Below, piece by piece: positions 52,004 through 62,293 of a stretch of 64,000 nucleotides of DNA. The stretch is from positions 96,001 to 160,000 of the forward strand of contig OY782041.1 of NCBI GenBank assembly GCA_963677595.1, read 5' to 3'. The notes under the pieces are model-generated. The model searched no databases. It was not told where the DNA came from and saw nothing but the letters and a program-made list of their open reading frames with translations. Positions within the stretch are counted from its first letter, which is position 1, and every line of letters begins with the position of its first letter. Source of the DNA: Spirochaetia bacterium (GTDB taxonomy: Bacteria > Spirochaetota > Spirochaetia > CAKZLE01). The position numbers were made by a program, and so were the translations under genes.

Positions 52004-52222
52004 CATCGGGAAAACAGCGGGTGTATCTTATTCCTCCTCATCCTATGCTGCCATCCCTTCCCTCCGAGCTGGTCGACCAGCCCGGTATCAATGATCACCC
52101 GGCGGCATCAGCCGCCAGGTCCCATATTCTTCTTGCCACCTGTGGGAGGGAGCAGGTATCTCCTTTACCTCCTGACACCTGCTGTCCTCCCGTTCATGGA
52201 TTTTCGAACAATTCCTATTCTT
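52004..52222 (-). ncRNA. Structured GGA-rich repeat, copy 2
   Basis: Homologous to copy 1, same hairpins. Confidence 0.55.
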
Positions 52223-52876
52223 CTAGAGTGTGGCCAGTCCCATGCGCAGTGCGTACATGGTGAGTCCTGCGATCGAGTGAACATCCAGCCTGGACTGGAG
52301 CTTCTTCCGGCAGTTAATGATCGAGGCCTCCGAGAGGTTCAGCTTGGAACCAATCTCCCTCGAGGTCTTGCCCAGGCTGAGGAGCCGCAGCACCTCCTGT
52401 TCTCGCTCGGTGAGCGGGACCATCGGGAACCTCCGGGGTCCTGCTTTGTAGATCCGTTCTTCCGCGACGTAGGACGGTAGGTATACCGCTCCCTCGAACT
52501 GTGCCCGCAGCGCCTGCTCGAACTCCGTGAACGAGACCTTCTCGAAGAGGAATCCCTTGAATCCCTGGGCATGATACATGTCGATCATTACCTCATGCTG
52601 CTCCTTGATGAGGATCATCGTGCGGATCGAGCACCCGGTGATGGGGCTATCCTTCTTCCCCAGTATCTCAACATACTGCTCACAACGTGATACAGTATTG
52701 AGGATCCTTGAAGATATGATGATGTTGATCGGAGAGCGCACATTGTGCCGGCTTTCAGCGAATGCGTCCAGATCTTCATAGTGTGCGATCATCTGGAATT
52801 CTCCAGATGCTTCGAGGAGCCTGAGCAACCCATCACTGAGCAGTCCCCTGCTTTTTATTAAGATTATGTTTTTCAT
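52223..52876 (-). CDS. LuxR-HTH regulator with degenerate receiver domain (copy 2)
   Basis: Paralog with a diverged recognition helix (LNLSEASIINCRKK). Confidence 0.86.
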   Translation of the reverse strand: MKNIILIKSRGLLSDGLLRLLEASGEFQMIAHYEDLDAFAESRHNVRSPINIIISSRILNTVSRCEQYVEILGKKDSPITGCSIRTMILIKEQHEVMIDMYHAQGFKGFLFEKVSFTEFEQALRAQFEGAVYLPSYVAEERIYKAGPRRFPMVPLTEREQEVLRLLSLGKTSREIGSKLNLSEASIINCRKKLQSRLDVHSIAGLTMYALRMGLATL

Positions 52877-52985
52877 ACTGCTAGTAACCAAGTTTTTTTG
52901 TTGTATTTCCTTTTTTGTGTATCCATCAGGGAAACCCATTCCCCGGGGACTCCCTCCGGCTTCCACAGGTATGTGGCAGCCTTTC

Positions 52986-53206
52986 ATAACGGGAAGACAG
53001 CATGGGTATCTGGTTCCTCCTCGTCCCATGCTGCTATTCCCTTCTCTCCAGGCTGTTCGACCAGCCTGGTATCAATGATCACCTGGCGGCTTCAGCCGCC
53101 AGGTTCCGTATCCTGTTGCCGACTGTGGGAGGGAAGCAGGTATCTCTTTTACCTCCTGACACCTGCTGTCCTCCCGCTCGCGGACTTTCGAACAATTCCT
53201 TTTTCT
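52986..53206 (-). ncRNA. Structured GGA-rich repeat, copy 3
   Basis: Homologous to copy 1; A-U replaces G-C in the third hairpin. Confidence 0.55.
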
Positions 53207-53860
53207 CTAGAGTGAGGTCAGCCCCATGCGCAGTGCGTACTTGGTGAGTTCCGCAATCGTGTGCACGTCCAGCTTCGACTGGATCTTCTTCCGATGGACA
53301 TCGACCGTACTTACCGAGATGTCCAGCCTGGAAGATATCGTCCTTGAGGTCATGCCCTGGCTGAGGAACCGCAGTACCTCCTGTTCCCGCTGTGTGAGCG
53401 GGACCATCGGGAACCTCCGGGGCCCTGGTTTGTAGATCCGTTCTTCCGCGACATAAGACGGCAGATATACCGCTCCCTCGAACTGCGCCAGCAGCGCCTG
53501 CTCGAACTCCTTGAACGATGCCTTCTCAAAGAGGAACCCGTTGATTCCCTGTTCATGGTACATGTCGATCATCAACTCGTGATTCTCCTGGATCAGGATC
53601 ATCGTGCGGATAGAGCATCCGGCGAGGGGACCATCCTCCTTCTTCAGCATCTTGAGATACTGCTCACAACGTGATGCGGTATCGAGGATCGCTGAAGATA
53701 TGACGATGATCAGGGGAGAGCGCTCATTGTGCTGGGTTTCAGCCAACGAATCTAGATCTTCATGGTGTGCGACCATCTGGAATTCACCAGATGTCTGGAC
53801 TAGCTCAATTAGTCCCTCCGTTAGGAGTGACTTACTTTTAATTAATAAAAGTTTTTTCAT
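53207..53860 (-). CDS. LuxR-HTH regulator with degenerate receiver domain (copy 3)
   Basis: Paralog of copies 1 and 2. Confidence 0.88.
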   Translation of the reverse strand: MKKLLLIKSKSLLTEGLIELVQTSGEFQMVAHHEDLDSLAETQHNERSPLIIVISSAILDTASRCEQYLKMLKKEDGPLAGCSIRTMILIQENHELMIDMYHEQGINGFLFEKASFKEFEQALLAQFEGAVYLPSYVAEERIYKPGPRRFPMVPLTQREQEVLRFLSQGMTSRTISSRLDISVSTVDVHRKKIQSKLDVHTIAELTKYALRMGLTSL

Positions 53861-53922
53861 ACTACTTATAAACAGGTTTGAGGTGGATTTGATTTAAAAA
53901 AAAAGGGCAATTCTTTATTTTT

Positions 53923-54807
53923 TTATTTTTTTTTCGGATCCATCGGAATAAACCCTTCCCCGAGTACTTCCTGGGCACTGGTGATGATCATAAATGCGTC
54001 AGGATCTATCTTCCTCACGGTATTGGTCACCTGGGATATCTTCCTGTTCCGTACCACCATCATGATCATCCGCTTGTCATCGTTACGGTACATACCATGG
54101 GCATCCACGAAGGTTCCCCCATGACCCTGATCGAAGGTAAGGACTTTCTGCAGCTCCTCGTACCGGTCACTGATGATATAGGCCATCTTGGCGTAGTTCG
54201 CTCCGCTGGTCACCATATTGATGAACTGTCCTGTCGTGAAGAGGGTGATGACGGCGAAGAGTGCCTGTTCGATCGAGAACGAGAAGGCAGCTACCGCGAC
54301 GATCGCCCCATCCACGAGGTAGAGGGATGTCCCGAGCGGGAGCCTGCTGTAGTGGTTGATGACCTGCGCGATGATATCGGTCCCGCCGGTATTCGCCCCG
54401 CCCTTCATCGTGATTCCTATCCCCGCCCCGGTCAGGGTCCCGCCGAAGAGGGCAGCGAGCAGGATGTCCGTCCGGTCGCCCGTGGTGAGCAGGCCCTCAT
54501 AGCCGAGGATGTGTCCGAGGACGGTCACGGCAACGGACATCGCGATCGTCCCCCAGAGTGATTTGAGCCCGAACCGGTGGCCGAAGACCAGGATCCCGAG
54601 CCCGAAGATGGGTATGCTCAATGCGAGGATGACGATACCCGGGTCCCACCCGAACCAGTAGTAGGTGATGACCGACAGACCGCTCACCCCTCCCGCAGCT
54701 ATCTTGGCTGGGGCAAGGAACAGGACGAGGCCTGCAGCCGTGACGACCGACCCGATCGTGATCAGGATATAGTCACGCACCTTCCCGGCCAGTTCATCAC
54801 GCTTCAT
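53923..54807 (-). CDS. YitT family membrane protein
   Basis: IAAGGVSG, GANTGGTDIIA, IDPDAFM...EVLGEGF. Confidence 0.9.
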   Translation of the reverse strand: MKRDELAGKVRDYILITIGSVVTAAGLVLFLAPAKIAAGGVSGLSVITYYWFGWDPGIVILALSIPIFGLGILVFGHRFGLKSLWGTIAMSVAVTVLGHILGYEGLLTTGDRTDILLAALFGGTLTGAGIGITMKGGANTGGTDIIAQVINHYSRLPLGTSLYLVDGAIVAVAAFSFSIEQALFAVITLFTTGQFINMVTSGANYAKMAYIISDRYEELQKVLTFDQGHGGTFVDAHGMYRNDDKRMIMMVVRNRKISQVTNTVRKIDPDAFMIITSAQEVLGEGFIPMDPKKK

Positions 54808-55264
54808 CGCCTTCCTCCCGTACCATACGCGTCAAGGTTGCATCGAGCCTGTTGGCAAACGCCTGGGTCTCTTTCTGTGAGAGGGGCTTCGTCTTCTCGA
54901 AATGGAGCCCTGCTTCCCTGAACTCCGTCATCATGTTCCGCAGGGAGAGCCGCTCGGCCATATTCTCCGCAGTGAAGATCCCTCCCCGGTCATCGAGGGC
55001 TGTTGCCCCCTTCTCCACGACCCGTGAAGCCAGGATCACGTCCCGCGTGATCACGAGGTCACGAGCGGTGACCTCCTCGACCACCCGATGATCGGCATGG
55101 TCAGGGCCGGGCTCGACGGTGATCATCGTGATGAAGGGTCCCCTGCAGTCGGGGAGCACACGGTCCGCGATGAAGATTGCCTCGCGCCCTACCCGCCTGG
55201 CGGCTTTCTGGATGATCGCCCTGACATTCCTCGGACAGGAGTCTGCATCTATGATGATCCTCAT
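54797..55264 (-). CDS. YaiI/YqxD (DUF188) family protein
   Basis: MRIIIDADSCP, DHAD, DLVITRDVILA. Confidence 0.88.
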   Translation of the reverse strand: MRIIIDADSCPRNVRAIIQKAARRVGREAIFIADRVLPDCRGPFITMITVEPGPDHADHRVVEEVTARDLVITRDVILASRVVEKGATALDDRGGIFTAENMAERLSLRNMMTEFREAGLHFEKTKPLSQKETQAFANRLDATLTRMVREEGDEA

Positions 55265-56448
55265 GGCTGCGGGACTCCTGCAAGGAAGAGCCTGCCCTCA
55301 CAGGTTATCCGGTAGTCTGAGACCGATGCGGGGATCAGGAAGCAGCTGCCTGCAGCCGCCTCGACGGTGCCGTCATCACAGGTGATGACCGAGGTCCCCT
55401 CGGTCTGGATGACCATCTCGATGCTGTCATGGCCGGTGAAGCCGCAATCCGCATGATCGACCACCTGAAGGATGAACTCAGAAGCGGGGGTATCATAGAC
55501 GAGGGACCCGTTACCGGTTTCGGAAGGCAGGGCCTTCTGTTTATCGACATGGTTGAATCCCACGATCTCGAGCAGCTCCTCGGTATCGATATGCTTCGGG
55601 GTGAGCCCGCCGCGGAGGACGTTGTCGCTGCTGGCCATGAGTTCCACCCCGATCCCGTCCACATAGGCATGCAGTTCCCCTGCCGGCTGGTAGAGGGCCT
55701 CCCCGGGGGCGAGCTCCAATACATTGAGGTAGAGCGGCGAGAGCACAGAGGGATCATCTGGGTAGATCGAGAGGAACCGCTTCACCAGACGGTATTCCAG
55801 GGAAGCGGCAGGAGACGATGCGATCTCAGCAGCAAGCATCCCCATGAATGCATCACGTTCTGCCCCTGCGAGGGTCAGGACCCGCTTTAGGAGCTCACGG
55901 TAGACCTCTCCCTCAGGCCGTTCCGGATCAAGGATTCCCGACAGGTACGTCCGGGATGTCTCCGGGATGAGGGACTCCAACAGCTGCCCTATCGCCTCTA
56001 CTGTCCTGAACCCGCACATGGCGATCGACGGGCTCAGGGCACAGAAGATCTCAGGCTTGTGATTCGTATCCTTGTAATTCCTCACAGGTGAGGTGTGCGG
56101 GACTCCCGCAGCCTCCTCCCTGGCATACCCGGCAGCAGCCTGAGCCTTCGAGGGATGACACTGGATCGACAGCGGGGCCGCGATCGCAAGGATCTTGAAG
56201 AGGTACGGCAGCTCATCGCATCCTGCCCCGAGGGTTGTTTCAGGCTCCCGGGTTATCAGCTCAGCCATGGGTTGTGAGGTCCCGTCATCACCCAGGACAC
56301 GGGTCATGCCGTTCGCATGGGCGCCGAGCCACATCTCTGCCCAGGGGCCTGCCCCGACAGCTTCCGGGTGGTGCGTGAACTCCTGCAGCCAGCTCGAATG
56401 GCCCCAGGCATAGCCCTGGATATATGGTTCCAATCGTTGAATCTTCAT
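55261..56448 (-). CDS. manA: Mannose-6-phosphate isomerase class I
   Basis: YAWG, AEMWLGAH, PLSIQCHP, YKDTNHKPE, SDNVLRGGLTPK. Confidence 0.95.
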   Translation of the reverse strand: MKIQRLEPYIQGYAWGHSSWLQEFTHHPEAVGAGPWAEMWLGAHANGMTRVLGDDGTSQPMAELITREPETTLGAGCDELPYLFKILAIAAPLSIQCHPSKAQAAAGYAREEAAGVPHTSPVRNYKDTNHKPEIFCALSPSIAMCGFRTVEAIGQLLESLIPETSRTYLSGILDPERPEGEVYRELLKRVLTLAGAERDAFMGMLAAEIASSPAASLEYRLVKRFLSIYPDDPSVLSPLYLNVLELAPGEALYQPAGELHAYVDGIGVELMASSDNVLRGGLTPKHIDTEELLEIVGFNHVDKQKALPSETGNGSLVYDTPASEFILQVVDHADCGFTGHDSIEMVIQTEGTSVITCDDGTVEAAAGSCFLIPASVSDYRITCEGRLFLAGVPQP

Positions 56449-56639
56449 GGCGTCAGTCTATAACCACAGCATGAAATCGTCAATGTCTTTAGATGTTTCG
56501 GTTTTCAGATGCTTCCGGCAAACTTGTATTTTTATCGGATTACCGCTATAAAGTAAGGTATATAACCCAACAGGCAGCACGTAATACGTGCTCATGTATG
56601 ACAATATACGCCTGTCACCATACATTCAAGGAGAATCGC

Positions 56640-58295
56640 ATGCAATATTCCCCCCTACAAAAAGCACGATATGAGTACCAGCCGAAGCTCCCGAAGATCC
56701 TTCGGGAAGAGATCAGTACTATCGTACCGGTCTTCGGTGAGGCAACCGAGTCAGAGTCCGACCAGGAACAGCTCAAGACCCTCTTTCCCGGGACCTACGG
56801 GATGCCGAAGGTCTCATTCGCTTCCGGCGCAAATGAGACGATCGGCAGGAAGCTGACCATCGGTGTAGTCCTCTCTGGAGGACAGGCTCCCGGAGGCCAC
56901 AACGTCATCTCAGGGCTCTATGATGCCGTGAAGAAGGCGAACCCTGCTTCCCGCGTTCTCGGCTTCAAGGGCGGACCGTCAGGTATCCTCAACGGCGACA
57001 TCCTCGAGATCACGGATGAGTACATGAACGAGTACCGGAACACCGGCGGGTTCGACATCATCGGGTCCGGGAGGACGAAGCTCGAGTCTGAGGAGCAGTT
57101 CGAGATCTGTGAGAAGGTCTGCAAGGAGCTCGAGGTAGATGCTATCCTCATCATCGGCGGGGATGACTCCAATACCAACGCTGCAGTCCTTGCTGAGTTC
57201 TTCAAGAGCAGGAACTCCGGCATCGCCGTCATCGGCGCACCGAAGACCATCGACGGTGACCTGAAGAACGAGTCCATCGAGGTCTCCTTCGGGTTCGACA
57301 CGGCAACAAAGACCTATTCTGAACTGATCGGGAATATCGAGCGTGATGCCAATTCAGCGAAGAAGTACTGGCACTTCATCAAGCTCATGGGCCGGAGCGC
57401 TTCCCACATCGCACTGGAGTGTGCACTGCAGACACAGCCGACCGCATGCCTCATCTCCGAGGAGGTCGCCGAGAACAGCACTACCCTCACCGAGATCGTC
57501 GACGACCTCGTGAAGAAGATCGTCTACCGGGCAGAGAACGGTGAGAACTTCGGCGTCGTGCTCGTACCGGAAGGCCTGATCGAATTCATCCCCGAGATGA
57601 AACTCCTGATCGCCGAACTCAATGACCTCATGGCTGCCCATGCGGACTTCTTCCAGACCCTGAACACCTTCGAGGACCAGGCTGACTGGGTGAACAAGAA
57701 CCTCTCGAAGGACTCTTCCTACGCCTTCTCCTCCCTGCCGAACAACATCCAGCGACAGCTGCTCATGGACCGGGACCCCCACGGGAACGTCCAGGTATCA
57801 AGAATCGAGACAGAGAAGCTGCTCATCGAGATGATCGAGCTGAAACTGAAGGAACTGAAGAGTGAGGGGAAATACAACGGCAAGTTCAGCTCACAGAGTC
57901 ACTTCTTCGGGTATGAAGGACGATGTGCCTTCCCCTCCAACTTCGACTCAGACTACTGTTACTCACTCGGGTTCAACGCATTCATGCTCGTTGCAGCCGG
58001 GCTTACCGGCTACATCTCATCGATCACCAACCTCTCAGCACCCGCTGACCAGTGGAAAGCTGGAGGGATCCCGGTGACCATGATGATGAACCTCGAACAG
58101 CGGCACGGCGAGATGAAGCCGGTCATCAAGAAAGCCCTCGTGGAACTTGACGGCAAGCCGTTCATGACCTTCGCGAACAACCGGGAAGCATGGTACAAGA
58201 CCACCTCCTTCACCTTCCCCGGTGCTATCCAGTACTACGGGCCGGATGAGGTCTGCAACCTGCCGACTGTCACCCTGAAACTCGAGCACGAATAG
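56640..58295 (+). CDS. pfp: Pyrophosphate-dependent phosphofructokinase (long clade)
   Basis: [36 protein letters not shown]. Confidence 0.95.
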   Translation: MQYSPLQKARYEYQPKLPKILREEISTIVPVFGEATESESDQEQLKTLFPGTYGMPKVSFASGANETIGRKLTIGVVLSGGQAPGGHNVISGLYDAVKKANPASRVLGFKGGPSGILNGDILEITDEYMNEYRNTGGFDIIGSGRTKLESEEQFEICEKVCKELEVDAILIIGGDDSNTNAAVLAEFFKSRNSGIAVIGAPKTIDGDLKNESIEVSFGFDTATKTYSELIGNIERDANSAKKYWHFIKLMGRSASHIALECALQTQPTACLISEEVAENSTTLTEIVDDLVKKIVYRAENGENFGVVLVPEGLIEFIPEMKLLIAELNDLMAAHADFFQTLNTFEDQADWVNKNLSKDSSYAFSSLPNNIQRQLLMDRDPHGNVQVSRIETEKLLIEMIELKLKELKSEGKYNGKFSSQSHFFGYEGRCAFPSNFDSDYCYSLGFNAFMLVAAGLTGYISSITNLSAPADQWKAGGIPVTMMMNLEQRHGEMKPVIKKALVELDGKPFMTFANNREAWYKTTSFTFPGAIQYYGPDEVCNLPTVTLKLEHE

Positions 58296-58308
58296 GTTTC
58301 AGATTTTC

Positions 58309-58351
58309 AAAAAAAATACTGCAGTTCTTACGTTCTGCAGTATTTTTTTTG
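58309..58351. terminator. Bidirectional intrinsic terminator
   Basis: A run-TACTGCAG-loop-CTGCAGTA-T run. Confidence 0.85.
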
Positions 58352-58363
58352 TTCTGGTGGTTC

Positions 58364-59080
58364 TTATTCAGCCATCTCGAGGGCGATCCGCATCATGCTG
58401 GTGAAGGCAGTCTGCCGCTCCTCGCTGGTGGTCCTCTCATGGGTGACCAGGGAATCAGAGACGGTACAGATGCAGGAAGCCTGCTTGCCGGTAGCCTGGG
58501 CGGTCGAGAAGAGGGCGAAGGCTTCCATCTCCACAGCTATGCACCCATGTTCATTATGGGCATCCCTGAAGTCGAACCCGTCCTCCCGATAGAAGACGTC
58601 TGAGGAGTGGATGCACCCCCGGCGGATCGGGATCGCGAGTTCTGCGGCATAGCCTGCAAGCTGGTCATTGAGTTCGAGCGAGGCCTCGAGCGTATCGCCG
58701 GCATAGCCGGTCTGGGTACGGGCGAACGAGGATTCCGACCATGCAGCATCGGCCAGGATCACGTCGTAGAGCTTCACATCGGGGCTATACGAGCCGCAGG
58801 AACCGATCCGTATGATATTCTCCACATCATAGAACTTGAAGAGCTCATAGGAGTATATACCGATGCTCGGCATCCCCATCCCCGAGCTGATCACGGAGAT
58901 CCTCCTGTTCTTATAGGTCCCGGTATACCCGAGGCAGTTGCGTATGCTGTTGACCTGTACCGGGTCCGTCAGGAAGTTCTCTGCGATGAACTTCGCCCTC
59001 AGCGGGTCCCCCGGCATCAGGACGGTCTTCGCGACATCATCGGTCGACTTCATCTGCAGGTGCGGTGTAGGTATGCTCAT
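58364..59080 (-). CDS. deoD: Purine nucleoside phosphorylase, hexameric type
   Basis: PTPH, MPGDPLRA, GMGMPSIGIY, IRIGSCG, VEMEA, TVSD. Confidence 0.95.
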   Translation of the reverse strand: MSIPTPHLQMKSTDDVAKTVLMPGDPLRAKFIAENFLTDPVQVNSIRNCLGYTGTYKNRRISVISSGMGMPSIGIYSYELFKFYDVENIIRIGSCGSYSPDVKLYDVILADAAWSESSFARTQTGYAGDTLEASLELNDQLAGYAAELAIPIRRGCIHSSDVFYREDGFDFRDAHNEHGCIAVEMEAFALFSTAQATGKQASCICTVSDSLVTHERTTSEERQTAFTSMMRIALEMAE

Positions 59081-59098
59081 GTATCTTTCTCCTCTATC

Positions 59099-60274
59099 TC
59101 AATATGCTGTGCCGCTTCTCATCGGCTTCACGCCGAAGTAGGAGCAGAGGCTCTGCGAGAGGTCGGCGAAACTTTCGCGGACCCCGACGTTCCTTACTGG
59201 CTGCCCCTTCTCATACCATAGCACAGGAACGTACTCCCGTGTATGGTCAGTTCCCCTGAAGGTGGGGTCGCAGCCGTGATCACCGGTGACGATGAGGAGA
59301 TCTCCCTCCTCTAGTTCCTCCATCAGGGTACCGAGCGCCTCATCGACCTGATTCACCGCCTCGGCATAGCCGGGGACGTCACGACGGTGCCCGTAGAGCA
59401 TGTCGGTATCGACGAGGTTGACGAAGACGAAGGTATCTTCATCAAATGACTCTTTAGCAAGCGCAACCATCCGCTCGATGCATGCCGGGTTGCCGGCATC
59501 ATGGAAGGAGTCGGTGATGCCCGACTCGTTGAAGATAGAGCCGATCTTCCCCACGGCCTGGGTCCGGATCCCTGCTTCCTGCAGGTGGTCGAGGATGCTC
59601 TGCTCAGGCAGCGCTATGCTGTAGTCATGCCGGTCACCGGTCCTGGTGTACGACCCTGCCTCCCCGATGAACGGCCTGGCGATGACCCTGCCGACCTGGT
59701 AGGCATCACAAAGGTCCCTCGCGATCTCACACTGGCGGTAAAGCTCAGGTAAGGGGATCACGGCATTGTTCGCAGCGATCTGGAAGACCGAGTCGGCCGA
59801 GGTGTAGCAGATCGGCCAGCCGGTTCGCTCATGCTCCTCCCCGAGTTCCGCGATGATCGCAGTACCGGAAGCAGCCTTGTTCCCGAGGATCCCCCCCACA
59901 CCGGCACGTTCGCAGAAATCGCTCACGAGTGCTTCCGGGAACGAGGGGTATTCCTGGTTGAAGACCGAGAAGGGTTCGGCAAGCACGATACCCGCCATCT
60001 CCCAGTGCCCGGTGGTGGTATCCTTCCCGGGCGAGCGTTCAGCCATGATCCCATAACTGGCAAGCGGGGACTCGACCGATTCACAGCCGGGGAGTTCCCC
60101 TTCGGCAAGGAGGGAGACGTTCCCCAGCCCCAGCCTCTTAAGGTTCGGCCACTTCACGGCCGCCTGCTCACAGATATGCTTCGCCGTGTTGGCCCCGCTA
60201 TCCCCATAATGATCGGCATCGGGCAATGCCCCGATCCCGAAGCTGTCGATGACGACGATCATCGCTTTTCTCAT
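59099..60274 (-). CDS. deoB: Phosphopentomutase
   Basis: IDSFGIG, GKDTTTGHWE, YTSADSVFQ, YGHRRD, DHGCDP, DHTRE. Confidence 0.95.
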   Translation of the reverse strand: MRKAMIVVIDSFGIGALPDADHYGDSGANTAKHICEQAAVKWPNLKRLGLGNVSLLAEGELPGCESVESPLASYGIMAERSPGKDTTTGHWEMAGIVLAEPFSVFNQEYPSFPEALVSDFCERAGVGGILGNKAASGTAIIAELGEEHERTGWPICYTSADSVFQIAANNAVIPLPELYRQCEIARDLCDAYQVGRVIARPFIGEAGSYTRTGDRHDYSIALPEQSILDHLQEAGIRTQAVGKIGSIFNESGITDSFHDAGNPACIERMVALAKESFDEDTFVFVNLVDTDMLYGHRRDVPGYAEAVNQVDEALGTLMEELEEGDLLIVTGDHGCDPTFRGTDHTREYVPVLWYEKGQPVRNVGVRESFADLSQSLCSYFGVKPMRSGTAY

Positions 60275-60449
60275 ATACACATGCTCCAATTCAGGTATCT
60301 GCAGTCTCCCTGCAGGCTCCCGTACTATCAAACATACTGCTCTTTCCCGTAAAAGATAAGGAAAATGATCATAGAAGTCAGCTATCATGGTAGTATACCA
60401 TAAAATCCGGCTGGTCACAGGTGGAATCAGACTCATATCTTCGTTCTGC

Positions 60450-61136
60450 TTAGTACTCTTCCCTCACTTCCATCGCCAGGTTATCGCAGATCGCCGACAG
60501 CGAGGAGTAGCCGTTCCCCAGTCTGTCAGCACCCATGTCGATATATCGTTTTGCCTGGGCATAGTCTCGTATCCCGCCAGAGGGCTTCACCTTGATTCGT
60601 CCTTTGGCAGTATCCAGCATCACCTGCACGACCTCTTCTGTCGCCCCTCCTGAGGAGAAGCCGGTTGAAGTCTTGATGAAATCAGCGTTAGCCCTGACAG
60701 CTGCCTCCGTCGCGGCTGCTACTTCCTCCAGGGTCAGCATACAGGATTCTACGATCACCTTCACAGGGACTCCTGCCGGTTTCGCGACATCAGTAACGCA
60801 GCGTATATCTTGTTCCACCAGGTCCCAAAGACCTGACCTGATAAACCCATAGTTCGTGACCATATCGATCTCCATGACTCCCTTGGCTATGTACGCTTCA
60901 GCCTCAAGGGCTTTCACCTCACTCAGCCCGCATCCATGTGGGAATCCGAGTACCACCGATACCCCGGTATCTGTTCCCTCACACATCCCGACAGCCAAAT
61001 CGATATCACAGGGCCTGACGCATACCGTCTTCACATGGTAATCGATTGCCATGTGAATAGCTTCTCTAGCTTCTTCTCTCTTCATTTCCGGCTTCAGTAC
61101 TGCCGCATCCAGATATCTGCAGATGGCTTTCCCCAT
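60450..61136 (-). CDS. deoC: Deoxyribose-phosphate aldolase
   Basis: LGFPHG, EIDMV, VKVIVE, FIKTSTGF, KPSGGIR. Confidence 0.93.
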   Translation of the reverse strand: MGKAICRYLDAAVLKPEMKREEAREAIHMAIDYHVKTVCVRPCDIDLAVGMCEGTDTGVSVVLGFPHGCGLSEVKALEAEAYIAKGVMEIDMVTNYGFIRSGLWDLVEQDIRCVTDVAKPAGVPVKVIVESCMLTLEEVAAATEAAVRANADFIKTSTGFSSGGATEEVVQVMLDTAKGRIKVKPSGGIRDYAQAKRYIDMGADRLGNGYSSLSAICDNLAMEVREEY

Positions 61137-61230
61137 TTCTCTCTCCTTCTCACATAGGTATACTTGGGTTACATGACCCTGTAGAGTCACGAAAATTCTG
61201 AGTTTCTTTCTGTTGCTGATTATAGAAATT

Positions 61231-62256
61231 CTACTTCTTGTGGATCGGCCCTGTTGATTCGCGTATCTCAAGCTCCACAGGGAGTGTTATCTCGTCCGCA
61301 TTCCCTTCCTGGTCCTTATCCTGGATCAACTTATAGAGCAATCCAAAAGCTTTCTCACCTAATTCATATCGCGGGACGATCATCGTTGTAATAGGGGGAT
61401 CTGTGAACATACCGTATTTGATCCCGCCCCAGCCTATCAGGGAAATATCATCTGGAACATTCAAACCCCGCTTCTTCACCGCCCTCAGAGCCCCGATGGC
61501 ACTCAGGTCAGCGGCCCCGATGATCACGGTAGGCATCGTGTCAGCATCAAGGAACTCCTCAGCTATCCATTCTCCCTGTTCCATGGACAGATCGGAATAC
61601 GTGTACTGAATATAGCGGCTCAGCCCATGGGTTTCCATGATCCTCTTATAGGTTTCGATCTTGATGGCATTTGACCCGGAATTCTCCGGACCGGCGATCA
61701 TGGAGATCCTCTCATGTCCCAGCTCAAGCAGGTGGTTCATCAGTATCTCCATCCCCGATTCGATCTCCAGTTTGATCCTGTGAAAGCCATCTTCAAAATT
61801 ATCCTCGGATATGAGTATGAATGGGATATGCTTCTCCAACTCCTTGAGCTTTCCCAATAGGGGGTCAACAATCTGAAGCGGAGTAGAATAGATGATACCG
61901 TCTATACTTCTATTCTGCAGTATGTTCAGGTTCTCTATGATATTCTCCTGTTTCCAGTCCCCATTACAGACCATGACGGAGTAAGACTCATTCCGGGCAT
62001 ATTCCTCTATCCCATGCAGCACGTCGTAGATATACGGGCTGGTTATATCTTCACAGATCAGACCGATAGCCTGACTCTTCTTCGCTTTCAGGGTCTTCGC
62101 GGTAATATTAGGTTCGTATCCAAGCTCCTCGATAGAGCGATTCACGACAGTCCTTGTCTCATCCGAGACCCGGTTCAACCCGTTGACAACTCGAGATACT
62201 GTACTGATAGCTACACCAGCATGCTTAGCGACATCTTTGATTGTTACAGTACTCAC
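61231..62256 (-). CDS. LacI family transcriptional regulator
   Basis: TIKDVAKHAGVAISTVSRVVN HTH, VPDDISLIG. Confidence 0.93.
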   Translation of the reverse strand: MSTVTIKDVAKHAGVAISTVSRVVNGLNRVSDETRTVVNRSIEELGYEPNITAKTLKAKKSQAIGLICEDITSPYIYDVLHGIEEYARNESYSVMVCNGDWKQENIIENLNILQNRSIDGIIYSTPLQIVDPLLGKLKELEKHIPFILISEDNFEDGFHRIKLEIESGMEILMNHLLELGHERISMIAGPENSGSNAIKIETYKRIMETHGLSRYIQYTYSDLSMEQGEWIAEEFLDADTMPTVIIGAADLSAIGALRAVKKRGLNVPDDISLIGWGGIKYGMFTDPPITTMIVPRYELGEKAFGLLYKLIQDKDQEGNADEITLPVELEIRESTGPIHKK

Positions 62257-62293
62257 GATCCTCTCCTATCTTTTTCTGTACATCCAACGATCC

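Noticed and set aside
51062-53206. Small peptides encoded in the GGA-rich repeats
   Set aside because: ATGs after the SD-like tracts are not conserved in all copies and the frames diverge
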